A stretch of 19,104 bases of DNA, from positions 1 through 19,104 of the forward strand of contig JAURAC010000039.1 in the NCBI GenBank assembly GCA_030586555.1, written 5' to 3'. The position numbers and the translations under genes are program-made. This document shows positions 1 to 11,623 of this stretch, one piece after another; the first letter of the stretch is position 1, and each line of letters opens with the position of its first letter. The notes under the pieces are model-generated. The model made no database searches. It was not told where the DNA came from and saw only the letters and a program-made list of their open reading frames with translations. Origin of the DNA: Candidatus Subterrananammoxibius californiae (GTDB lineage Bacteria; Planctomycetota; Brocadiia; Brocadiales; Subterrananammoxibiaceae).

Positions 1-698
1 AGGACGATACCCATGCTTCTTCAATTGATGTGTTTGATTCACAGGGAATAAAGCATACCTTGACCTTGACATTTACAAAGACCGCTACAGCTAACACATG
101 GGACCTTGCCGTAACCAGCGCTGAAATTCCTGATCCCGTTACTAGTGGAACTATCGCTGGAATAGAATTTAACAACGATGGCTCACTTAAAGATGCAGGT
201 ACAGGAACCATCGAGGTAGATTTTGGTCTCGATGCGCAAACGATTGCTATGAATTTAGGAACTATTGACGGATTTGATGGTCTGACCCAGCTTGCAGGAA
301 CTTCTACTGCAGCAGTTGAAAGCCAGGATGGTTACGAGGTAGGGAATTTTAAATCAGTCTCAATTGCCACTGATGGCACGCTCTCTGCCCTTTACACAAA
401 TGGTCAAAGCAAGTCATTTGCGCAACTTGAACGGGTTGTTTTTAATAACCCAAACGGCCTCGAACAACAGGGAAATAACTTCTTCAGCAGTAACAGGCAG
501 GTTACAGGAGAACCAATTTCGGCAGTAACTCAGTCAGGGCGTGGAGGCAACGTCATGAGCGGCACGCTTGAGAACTCCAACGTGGACATAACGAGGGAAT
601 TGACTAACCTGATTATTGCACAGAGGGGTTTCCAGGCAAATAGCCGAACGATTACCACCAGTAACCAGGTCTTACAGGAAATAATGCAAATCATATAA
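1..698 (+). CDS. flgE: Flagellar hook protein FlgE, 3' part (starts upstream of the window)
   Basis: The frame is open from base 3 (DDTHASSIDVFDSQGIKHTLTLTFTK, a FlaE-type motif). It contains SQDGY and the C-terminal rod/hook motif GTLENSNVDITRELTNLIIAQRGFQANSRTITTSNQVLQEI. Stop TAA at 696-698. Confidence 0.93.
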   Translation, partial: DDTHASSIDVFDSQGIKHTLTLTFTKTATANTWDLAVTSAEIPDPVTSGTIAGIEFNNDGSLKDAGTGTIEVDFGLDAQTIAMNLGTIDGFDGLTQLAGTSTAAVESQDGYEVGNFKSVSIATDGTLSALYTNGQSKSFAQLERVVFNNPNGLEQQGNNFFSSNRQVTGEPISAVTQSGRGGNVMSGTLENSNVDITRELTNLIIAQRGFQANSRTITTSNQVLQEIMQII

Positions 699-718
699 TC
701 CATCACTCACCCAATAAA

Positions 719-858
719 GTAGGGTGGCACGGACAAACTCTGTTTGTCCGTGTGTAGCGTGTTGGAAGGCACGGACAAATGAATTTGCCATGCCATGTCG
801 GCATGACGTGGTCCATGCCACCCAATAATGTAGGGGCAGGTTTTAAACCTGCCCCTAC
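719..858. repeat. Cluster of REP-like palindromes between the convergent flgE and LVIVD genes; possible terminator role
   Basis: Hairpin CACGGACAAAC-tct-GTTTGTCCGTG (728-752); degenerate second copy 768-795; outer inverted repeat 722-734/811-823 (1 mismatch); GTAG palindrome GTAGGGGCAGGTTT-t-AAACCTGCCCCTAC (830-858). Confidence 0.85.
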
Positions 859-874
859 CTCTTTTGCGCCTCGT

Positions 875-5023
<4,149 letters not shown>

Positions 5024-5040
5024 CGAGATGATAGATGCTT

Positions 5041-5059
5041 CATGGCGATTGCCTCCTTT
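5041..5059 (-). promoter_or_regulatory. Shine-Dalgarno and ATG of the LVIVD gene
   Basis: The - strand reads AAAGGAGGCAATCGCC-ATG, with GGAGG 8 nt before the ATG at 5043. Confidence 0.75.
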
Positions 5060-5077
5060 TTTATCCTCGTAGGGTAA

Positions 5078-5392
5078 TCAGGACTGCTTACCATGTGTAA
5101 TATGTTCCGATAGCCATCGCTTAAACGAACGTTGACTTTCAGCAGAGGGTTTTCCGTTTAGCAAATTCTCAACGCTTATATCTTCGTCAAGGTCGTGCCA
5201 GTGAATGCCCTCTCCCTTACCAATTAAACGCCAATTGTTACGCTCCTCCTGTGTAGCATACAAAAGTCGTGGGTACCATCCAAGGGGCACCGAGATAGTT
5301 CGTCCATCAGCAAGGTCAACCGTCAGGGTGTCTTCGGTAACTGTAACGTGCAGTGCTATAGGTACATGTATTTCAATCGCTGAAGTATTCAT
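5078..5392 (-). CDS. DUF2442 domain protein (putative antitoxin partner of DUF4160)
   Basis: Motif VTVTEDTLTVDLADGRTISVPLGWYPRL..AT.EER.NW..IG.GEGIHW.DLDEDISVE.LL is typical of DUF2442; overlaps the upstream DUF4160 gene by 20 nt. Confidence 0.88.
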   Translation of the reverse strand: MNTSAIEIHVPIALHVTVTEDTLTVDLADGRTISVPLGWYPRLLYATQEERNNWRLIGKGEGIHWHDLDEDISVENLLNGKPSAESQRSFKRWLSEHITHGKQS

Positions 5393-5609
5393 TCCATATC
5401 CTTAATAAGTGTTCCTGATTTTCCTCTATGTGTTTTTGTATCTGGTTGATTTCTGTTCTGTTGAACCCTCCGCTACTCTGAAGTTTAACGGGGTCAAGCC
5501 AGAATTTTGCTTTATTATCGTCACGCTCGACATGAATGTGGGGAGGCTCATTGCTATCACCTGCATAAAAAAAGAATCTATAAGGACCGATTCTAAGGGC
5601 GGTTGGCAT
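5373..5609 (-). CDS. DUF4160 domain protein (putative toxin, HicA-like)
   Basis: MPT..RIGPYRFFFY..D..EPPHIHV....AKFWL.PV.L..S.GF...E...I.....EN...L...WNEYF is the typical DUF4160 pattern; it is paired with DUF2442. Confidence 0.9.
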   Translation of the reverse strand: MPTALRIGPYRFFFYAGDSNEPPHIHVERDDNKAKFWLDPVKLQSSGGFNRTEINQIQKHIEENQEHLLRIWNEYFSD

Positions 5610-5617
5610 TGGTGATA

Positions 5618-5645
5618 ATTATATCGTACGAACATATTTTGTCAA
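5618..5645 (-). promoter_or_regulatory. Consensus sigma70 promoter of the DUF4160/DUF2442 operon
   Basis: The - strand has TTGACA (5645-5640), a 16-nt spacer and TATAAT (5623-5618). The ATG at 5609 follows after 8 nt. The palindrome TCGTACGA (5624-5631) lies in the spacer. Confidence 0.75.
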
Positions 5646-5719
5646 TTTTATTTTCCACTACTTTTTCAGCCCCCACCCAATTGGGAGTTGAGAGTCGAGA
5701 GTTAAGAGGAATTGTTTTC

Positions 5720-5772
5720 TTCTCTGAACTCAACGGACATAAAGTCCGTTGTCTACCACTATTCTCTGAACT
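5720..5772 (-). repeat. GTAG-type REP hairpin flanked by 11-bp direct repeats
   Basis: - strand GGTAGA-CAACGGAC-tttat-GTCCGTTG (5757-5731); TTCTCTGAACT at both 5720-5730 and 5762-5772. Confidence 0.85.
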
Positions 5773-5835
5773 TAATAATGGATATTTCATGGCAATTGTC
5801 TCCTTTATTTTAGGTATGGGTCATAACTTGTGGTA

Positions 5836-5864
5836 AGAATATTACATTACTTCCAACTTGTCAA
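5836..5864 (-). promoter_or_regulatory. Putative sigma70 promoter pointing into the insert
   Basis: - strand TTGACA (5864-5859), 17-nt spacer, TATTCT (5841-5836), upstream of the SD/ATG at 5790. A small inverted repeat CAAGAA-aa-TTCTTG (5862-5875) overlaps the -35. Confidence 0.5.
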
Positions 5865-5918
5865 GAAAATTCTTGGAGGGAGGGAAAATATTTTTTCGAT
5901 GTAGGAAAATTGTTCATA

Positions 5919-6024
5919 CATGAGTCTTGAGTCAAAAATCATGCGTCCTGGGCCTTGAGTCATAAGTCTTTGACTCACTTACTCCTGACTCGTTAGCTCC
6001 TGACTCACCAACTCAGGACTCATG
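5919..6024. repeat. Inverted heptamer (TGAGTCN) tandem array
   Basis: TGAGTCT TGAGTCA AAAATCA TGCGTCC TGGGCCT TGAGTCA TAAGTCT, followed by complementary TGACTC units; the ends 5919-5932 and 6011-6024 are a 13/14 inverted repeat. Confidence 0.8.
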
Positions 6025-6074
6025 ATGGCACTCCGTTTGCTCATCAAAACGTCAACTAATCTATTATCTGATAG

Positions 6075-6104
6075 CACGGACAAACAAGTTTGTCCATGCC
6101 ACCC
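6075..6104 (-). repeat. REP-like palindrome, inverted copy of 722-752
   Basis: Its reverse complement GGGTGGCATGGACAAACTTGTTTGTCCGTG differs from GGGTGGCACGGACAAACTCTGTTTGTCCGTG (722-752) by one substitution and one indel. Confidence 0.88.
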
Positions 6105-6129
6105 TGTTTTACAGGAAGGGATAAAGAAA

Positions 6130-6873
6130 TTGCTTATAGGATTATATACTGCCGCTTCAGAGTTGGATGCAATGAGTAAGAACCAGGATATTATCGCTCG
6201 AAACCTTGCTAATGCCAATACGGATGGATACAAAAGGTGTGTGTGTACCTTCAAAACCATCCTGCTCAGCGCAGAGGCAGGAGTACAGGATAGCACTACC
6301 CCCACTGTAATGGGTACAACTATTTCAACCGTAGCCGCGGACCTTACCCCCGGGAAGTTAGCATTTACAGGAAGTGATTTCGACCTTGCCATAAAAGGCG
6401 AAGGGTTCTTCACTATCCAGACGGATAATGGGCTGATGTACACAAGAAGGGGAAGATTCATTCTCTCGCCAAAGCAGGAGATTATTACGCCGGAAGGGGG
6501 GCAACTTTTAAGCAACGCTGGCGTGCTTCAACTGCCACCAGGTGGGAAGAAGGTACACGTAGATGGGACTGGAATTGTAAGCGTTGATGGCGCAAATATA
6601 GGGACGTTAAAAATTACTCATTTCCCAGACCCTAATTCTCTCACCCAAAATGGCGGATGCACATTTAAATCCACTGCCATAGGAAACATTGGTGAGGACG
6701 CTAAGGACTTCGAGATTGCGCAAGGGTACATAGAAAAATCTAACGTGGACGTTGTTGGTGAAATGATTGCCATGATTGCAAATATGCGTAGTTATGAGAT
6801 GGGCTACAAGGCTGCAACATCAATGAGTAATACCTTAGACGGACTTATTAAGCTTGCGGCTCAGGCAGGGTAA
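6130..6873 (+). CDS. flgF: Flagellar basal-body rod protein FlgF
   Basis: The TTG at 6130 gives MLIGLYTAAS...QDIIARNLANANTDGYK; also TGSDFDLAIKGEGFF, YTRRGRF and QGYIEKSNVDVVGEMIAMI..MRSYE. It directly precedes flgG. The ORF-track start at 6022 runs through repeats. Confidence 0.88.
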   Translation: MLIGLYTAASELDAMSKNQDIIARNLANANTDGYKRCVCTFKTILLSAEAGVQDSTTPTVMGTTISTVAADLTPGKLAFTGSDFDLAIKGEGFFTIQTDNGLMYTRRGRFILSPKQEIITPEGGQLLSNAGVLQLPPGGKKVHVDGTGIVSVDGANIGTLKITHFPDPNSLTQNGGCTFKSTAIGNIGEDAKDFEIAQGYIEKSNVDVVGEMIAMIANMRSYEMGYKAATSMSNTLDGLIKLAAQAG

Positions 6874-6908
6874 GTGAGTTCGGAGTTCGGAGTAAGGAGA
6901 TATAAAAT

Positions 6909-7691
6909 ATGATAAAAGCATTATACACATGCGCAACTGGTATGAAGGCGCAGCAATTATACGTGGATAATATTGCTAACAACCTTGCAAACGTTAACAC
7001 GGTGGGATTTAAGAGAAGCCAGGTAAACTTCCAGGACTTGCTTTACGATACGGACATCTCCGCCGGCGCTGACTCTGCGCAAGGATTCCAAATCCCATCG
7101 GGTCTTCAGGTTGGCGGTGGCGTCAGGGCTGTCTCAACCAGTAAGGTCTTCAGCCAGGGCACGCCTCAAAATACAAACCGCCCCCTTGACATTGCAATTC
7201 AAGGCGATGGGTTCTTTCAGATTACACGTCCCGACGGTACTATTGTTTACAGTCGTGACGGCGCATTTCAGCTTAATAGCCAGGGTGAGGTCGTTACATC
7301 AGATGGTCTTCGCCTGACGCCGTCCATTACTATACAGAATGCAGTGGCTATTACGATAGGCACAGACGGTACCGTTAACGTGCAAACCACTGATGGAAGC
7401 TTCCAGAGTGTTGGGCAAATGACACTGGTTACATTTGCAAACCCTGCTGGATTAGAAAGTCTGGGACGGAATCTGTATCATGAAACCCCCGCCTCAGGAC
7501 CGCCTACCGTTGTAACGCCCGGACAACAGGGGGCTGGTGAAATCCTGCAGGGGTTCCTCGAAAGGTCTAATGTCGAGGTTGTCACAGAATTGGTGGATTT
7601 GATTATGGCGCAGCGTGCATACGAAATTAACTCAAGGGCTATCCGTGCGAGTGATGAGATGCTTGCCACCGCAAATCAAATTAGCAAGTAA
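6909..7691 (+). CDS. flgG: Flagellar basal-body distal rod protein FlgG
   Basis: MIKALYTCATGMKAQQ..VDNIANNLANVNTVGFK..FQDLLY, PSGLQVGGGV, LDIAIQGDGFFQI, YSRDGAF, QGFLERSNVEVVTELVDLIMAQRAYEINS; 260 aa; SD AAGGAG. Confidence 0.96.
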   Translation: MIKALYTCATGMKAQQLYVDNIANNLANVNTVGFKRSQVNFQDLLYDTDISAGADSAQGFQIPSGLQVGGGVRAVSTSKVFSQGTPQNTNRPLDIAIQGDGFFQITRPDGTIVYSRDGAFQLNSQGEVVTSDGLRLTPSITIQNAVAITIGTDGTVNVQTTDGSFQSVGQMTLVTFANPAGLESLGRNLYHETPASGPPTVVTPGQQGAGEILQGFLERSNVEVVTELVDLIMAQRAYEINSRAIRASDEMLATANQISK

Positions 7692-7707
7692 TTAAAGGAG
7701 ACTAAAA

Positions 7708-8730
7708 GTGAGCGTAGTCCAGAGCATAGAACACAGACAAACAGACAACAGATGCATCCTACTATGCGTTACCCTGGGATGCTTCCTGCTATGCCTCACC
7801 TTACAAGGCACGTTTGTCTACGCTAAACCCATTAACATAGATATAAAAGACCGAATCACATTACCTGAAAAACAGATAGTAATGGGCGACCTTGCAGTAA
7901 TTACCAGCGACGATGATACCTATAGCCGGCAAATCAGCAATATAAAAATGGGACAAACCCCGTGGCCTGGTAACACCCTCCGGGTAGGTAAGGACATCTT
8001 CTATATGAGGCTTGCGGCAGAAGGCATAGAGTTATCCAGTGTAACATTCAGTGGCGCTGAGGCAGTAACGGTTTCTGTCGAATCGGTAACATTAACAGGA
8101 CAGGAAATTGCAGAAAAAGCTAAGGAATACCTTAGTTCAAGATTGCCCTGGGATAGTGAAGACGTCCTTATAGAATTAGAAAGGCTTCCTGCAGACATGA
8201 TTGTTCCCAAAGGGCAAAACGATGTCAGGTTAGAAATATCAGATACCGATGCAAACAAGGATAGGGGAAACGTACAACTGCTTGCATCAGTGATTGTGGA
8301 TGACAGGGTTTTTTCTAAGTTTCGGGTATTCTTCAGGGTTCATATCTTTGAGAATGTAGCCGTAACAAGGAAACAGCTTGGAAGAATGGAAACATTAGAA
8401 GAGGGCGACATCTTCCTTAAAAAGACTGAAACAACCAACCTTGCTGGCATCACCTTTGATAAGGTTAAAGATTTAATAGGAAAAAGAACCCTCCGCCCCA
8501 TTCGTCCATACAGTGTGGTCACGTTTGATATGGTCGAGACACCGCCCGTTATAAGAAAAGGAGACGTAATCAAACTGCTCATCAAGAAGGAAAACTTTAT
8601 GGTCGTTACGAAGGGTATTTCAAAAGAAGACGGAAAAAAGGGGGAAGTTATCAGGGTGAAGAATTTTGAATCACATAAAGAGCTTTACGGCAAAATCATA
8701 GATTCCGAAACGGTTGCGATTTCATTTTAA
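7708..8730 (+). CDS. flgA: Flagellar P-ring formation chaperone FlgA
   Basis: Signal peptide; C-terminal SAF/FlgA motif PPVIRKGDVIKL....FMVVTKG.SKEDG..GEVIRVKN..S.K.L.G.I; sits between flgG and flgH; SD AAGGAG. Confidence 0.88.
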   Translation: MSVVQSIEHRQTDNRCILLCVTLGCFLLCLTLQGTFVYAKPINIDIKDRITLPEKQIVMGDLAVITSDDDTYSRQISNIKMGQTPWPGNTLRVGKDIFYMRLAAEGIELSSVTFSGAEAVTVSVESVTLTGQEIAEKAKEYLSSRLPWDSEDVLIELERLPADMIVPKGQNDVRLEISDTDANKDRGNVQLLASVIVDDRVFSKFRVFFRVHIFENVAVTRKQLGRMETLEEGDIFLKKTETTNLAGITFDKVKDLIGKRTLRPIRPYSVVTFDMVETPPVIRKGDVIKLLIKKENFMVVTKGISKEDGKKGEVIRVKNFESHKELYGKIIDSETVAISF

Positions 8731-8742
8731 AGGGATAAAAAG

Positions 8743-9408
8743 ATGAAGATAAAGATTACACTCACTTATATGGTTTTTCAGCTGGTAATAATTTCGCTTT
8801 GCTCAATGGCGAGCGGAGATTCGTTGTGGAAGAAACGGTTTATCGCAACCAGCAATCTTTATAATGATAACAGGGCAAGAGACGTGGGGGATATTGTTAC
8901 AGTTCTTATCAATGAAAGTACCGAACTAAAAGGTGAAGAAACCACAGACCTCAGTAAACAAAGTAGTCTTAAGTCGGAGACAGATGTTAGTGATTTTCTC
9001 ACGGGTGTATTAAAAAATCACAAATCACAATTTGACGAATATTTACCAAACATAGAATCAGAGACTAATGACGCTTTCAAAGGCGATGGTAATTACGTTA
9101 GTACACGAGGTGTTGACCTCAAAATGACAGCGCTGATAACAGACATCCTTCCCAGTGGCAATCTGGTCGTTGAAGGGGCACGAACCGTATCAATAAATAA
9201 AGAAACTTACAATATAAGGCTTTCTGGAATAGCCCGCCCCGTTGACATAATGGATACATTTCGGGATGTTGATGGAGTTTTCAGAAATGTTGTACGCTCT
9301 ACCTCCCTTGCAAACGCCAGTGTAACGCTTGAAGGCAAGGGCTTTCTTACAAGGGCTGGGAAAAGGGGCTGGTTCTGGAGGGTGCGTGACATATTCTGGC
9401 CATTTTAA
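8743..9408 (+). CDS. flgH: Flagellar L-ring protein FlgH
   Basis: LYNDNRARDVGDIVTVLINES, ILPSGNLVVEGAR.V.IN.E...IRLSGIARPVDI, V.ST.LANA and C-terminal GWF.R..D.FWPF. Confidence 0.93.
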   Translation: MKIKITLTYMVFQLVIISLCSMASGDSLWKKRFIATSNLYNDNRARDVGDIVTVLINESTELKGEETTDLSKQSSLKSETDVSDFLTGVLKNHKSQFDEYLPNIESETNDAFKGDGNYVSTRGVDLKMTALITDILPSGNLVVEGARTVSINKETYNIRLSGIARPVDIMDTFRDVDGVFRNVVRSTSLANASVTLEGKGFLTRAGKRGWFWRVRDIFWPF

Positions 9409-9468
9409 GCAAGAGCGCAGAACACAGACAATCGTTTGTTGTCTGTTAAAGGTTGAGTTAAAAATACT

Positions 9469-10587
9469 ATGAAAAAAACACTGATAGCATTCTTCACTAT
9501 TTTATATACAGTAACCTTTATTCTTGAAAAACCCTGCCATGGCAATATAACGACACGCATCAAGGATATCGCTTACGTTCAGGGCGCACGAGAGAACCAG
9601 TTGTTTGGGTACGGTCTTCTCATCGGTCTTGCAGGTAGTGGAGACACAATAACATTCAAGTTTACCCAGCGATTAGCTGTAAACATATTTGGAAAACTCG
9701 GTGTTGTTGTTACACAGGATGATTTCCGTTCAAGAAATATTGCCGCAGTTATGGTCACAGCCAATATTCCACCATTTGCAAGACCGGGAGATAAGATTGA
9801 CGTTGTTGTCTCATCCTTAGGGGACGCAGCAAGTCTTGAAGGTGGCATCCTTCTTCAAACCCCGTTGCAAGGTGCTGATAAAGAGGTTTATGCAGTGGCG
9901 CAAGGTGCAATCTCCATAGGCGGCTACAACCTCGGTGCAGAGGCACAGCGCACAAGGAAAAACCTCCCCACCACTGCCACCATACCAGGTGGTGCCCTTG
10001 TTGAAAAGGAAATACCTTTCTCATTATTCTCTGGCGCTGTTATCAATCTTGTCATTCGAGACCCCGACTTCACCACCGCTAATCGTCTTGCAGAGTCAAT
10101 CAACTACGAATTTCCAAATGCCGCACAGGCGCAGGATGCCGCTATTATTCGTGTTGAGCCCCCTGCTGGATTTCACACGAAAGAAGCAATCGTTCATTTT
10201 ATCTCCAAGCTTGAGGAACTTCCCGTCTCGCCCGATGCTATGGCAAGGGTAATAATCAACGAGCGTACAGGAACGATTGTCGCTGGAGAAAACGTCAGAA
10301 TATCAACCGTTGCTATTGCCCATGGAAACCTGAGCATCACAATAACAGAAAAACCAGAGGTATCTCAACCCTTGCCGTTCAGTGACGGACAAACAACCGT
10401 GGTTCCACGGTCCGAAATAAATGTAATAGAAGAAGAAGCAAAACTAAATATTATTCCAGAAGGTGTAACTATTTCAGAGATTGCAAGGGCATTAAACGTC
10501 CTGGGTGTATCACCGAGGGACTTAATTTCAATCTTCCAGGCAATCAAGAAGGCAGGAGCCCTTCATGCGGAATTAATTATTATGTAA
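9469..10587 (+). CDS. flgI: Flagellar P-ring protein FlgI
   Basis: RIKDIA.VQG.RENQL.GYGL.IGL.GSGD, NIAAVMVTA.IPPFA.PGD.IDV.VSSLGDA.SL.GG.LL.TPL.G.D..VYAVAQG, VIINERTGTIV, LN.LGVSPRDLISI.QAIK.AGAL.AEL. Confidence 0.97.
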   Translation: MKKTLIAFFTILYTVTFILEKPCHGNITTRIKDIAYVQGARENQLFGYGLLIGLAGSGDTITFKFTQRLAVNIFGKLGVVVTQDDFRSRNIAAVMVTANIPPFARPGDKIDVVVSSLGDAASLEGGILLQTPLQGADKEVYAVAQGAISIGGYNLGAEAQRTRKNLPTTATIPGGALVEKEIPFSLFSGAVINLVIRDPDFTTANRLAESINYEFPNAAQAQDAAIIRVEPPAGFHTKEAIVHFISKLEELPVSPDAMARVIINERTGTIVAGENVRISTVAIAHGNLSITITEKPEVSQPLPFSDGQTTVVPRSEINVIEEEAKLNIIPEGVTISEIARALNVLGVSPRDLISIFQAIKKAGALHAELIIM

Positions 10588-10632
10588 TCCGCCTGATGCG
10601 AATTCAAAACTAATTTTGCAGGAAAGAACATT

Positions 10633-11001
10633 ATGAGTGTATCCCTCGACCCTTCAATACTGACAAGCGAACAATTGGCAAATAAATTAGAAAACTTATC
10701 TCAAGCAGGCAAAAACCAACGTCCCAAGGACGAACTAAAGAAGGCTGCCCAGGACTTCGAGGCTGTCCTCGTTAATTTCCTCATAAAAGCGATGTGGAAG
10801 ACGATTCCCGATTCGGGTCTCTACGATGAAAGCAATGCAACCGATGCCTACACAGATATAATGCAATCGGCACTTTCTGAAGAAATAACCAGGATGGGTG
10901 GATTCGGTATTGCACAAAAGCTCTATGAAGAAATGCAAAAAAGTCTCATCCTTACTCCTCGCCCCGAGCAGGTTGTTGAGCAAAACAAAGAAAAGGAGTA
11001 A
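10633..11001 (+). CDS. flgJ: Rod-binding protein FlgJ (short form, no muramidase domain)
   Basis: LKKAAQDFEAVLVNFLIKAMWKTIP...Y.D.M...L.EEI...GGFGIA..LYE.M; follows flgI. Confidence 0.87.
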   Translation: MSVSLDPSILTSEQLANKLENLSQAGKNQRPKDELKKAAQDFEAVLVNFLIKAMWKTIPDSGLYDESNATDAYTDIMQSALSEEITRMGGFGIAQKLYEEMQKSLILTPRPEQVVEQNKEKE

Positions 11002-11510
11002 TGTATAAAATGGCAAATCTTTTGACCAATTTCATTGAAGTCTTCGATAAGATTACGCATCTTTACGGAGAAATATTAGAAGTTTGCAAGAAGAAACAGG
11101 CTTGTATAGTTGCCAATAATATTAATGAACTGGAAACGCTCCTTCGGAGGGAAAGTAATTTGCTCGAAACCGTAATTCTTCTGGAGAAGAAGCGATTAAC
11201 CCTCCAGAAATCATTAGTAGAGGCATGCAACATAAAGGAGCGCAAACTTACAATTCGTGATTTAATGATAATGCTTGATGAGCAGCAGCGTGGACACTTA
11301 AGCGCTACTTATAGCCGTATTTCTAAGGTTATTAATGAACTCAAAGAAGTCAATGAAATAAACAGGTCTCTGACAAATTATTGTCTTGACCTGACGAATA
11401 AAACCATTGAGCTATTTTGTGCTGGGTCTTTTCACAATACGATTTATCAACAATCTGGAAGATTAAAGGGTTCGGACCTGACAAGGGTTATTATTGATAC
11501 AGCTGTTTAA
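11001..11510 (+). CDS. flgN: Flagellar export chaperone FlgN (start may be 11010)
   Basis: Helical protein with KKQ.CIV.NNI.EL..L...E..L...LEKKR, L.E.NEIN..L...L and a C-terminal Y...G; directly upstream of flgK; TAATG overlap with flgJ. Confidence 0.8.
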   Translation: MYKMANLLTNFIEVFDKITHLYGEILEVCKKKQACIVANNINELETLLRRESNLLETVILLEKKRLTLQKSLVEACNIKERKLTIRDLMIMLDEQQRGHLSATYSRISKVINELKEVNEINRSLTNYCLDLTNKTIELFCAGSFHNTIYQQSGRLKGSDLTRVIIDTAV

Positions 11511-11514
11511 AGAC

Positions 11515-11604
11515 AGTGACGAGTGACGAGGTTTTAGTGACGAGTGAAGGAAATGATTTAAAAATATTCCTTGACTATCACCTCGCCACTCGCCACTCGT
11601 CCCT
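11515..11604. repeat. Inverted heptamer array (AGTGACG)n / (CTCGCCA)n between flgN and flgK
   Basis: AGTGACG AGTGACG AGG..AGTGACG AGTGAAG, then CCTCGCCACTCGCCACTCGTCCCT; 11515-11531 and 11581-11597 form a 15/17 inverted repeat. Confidence 0.75.
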
Positions 11605-11623
11605 GCCGTAAAGGAAAGGAACG

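Larger units (their letters stand above)
5593..5790 (-). pseudogene. Repeat-riddled 65-codon ORF; probable relic or duplicate of the LVIVD gene leader
   Basis: SD AAGGAG before the ATG at 5790; 26/32 nt identical to the SD/ATG region of the LVIVD gene; the remainder is made of REP and heptamer repeats with no recognisable domain. Confidence 0.4.

Noticed and set aside
6022..6129. N-terminal extension of flgF in the ORF track
   Set aside because: It runs through the palindromic repeat; family similarity begins at TTG 6130.
10588..10632. Possible hairpin or regulatory site between flgI and flgJ
   Set aside because: Only weak complementarity and no convincing promoter or terminator.
10633..11510. 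No flgM between flgJ and flgN
   Set aside because: flgM position varies among phyla and it may lie outside the window; absence here is uninformative.
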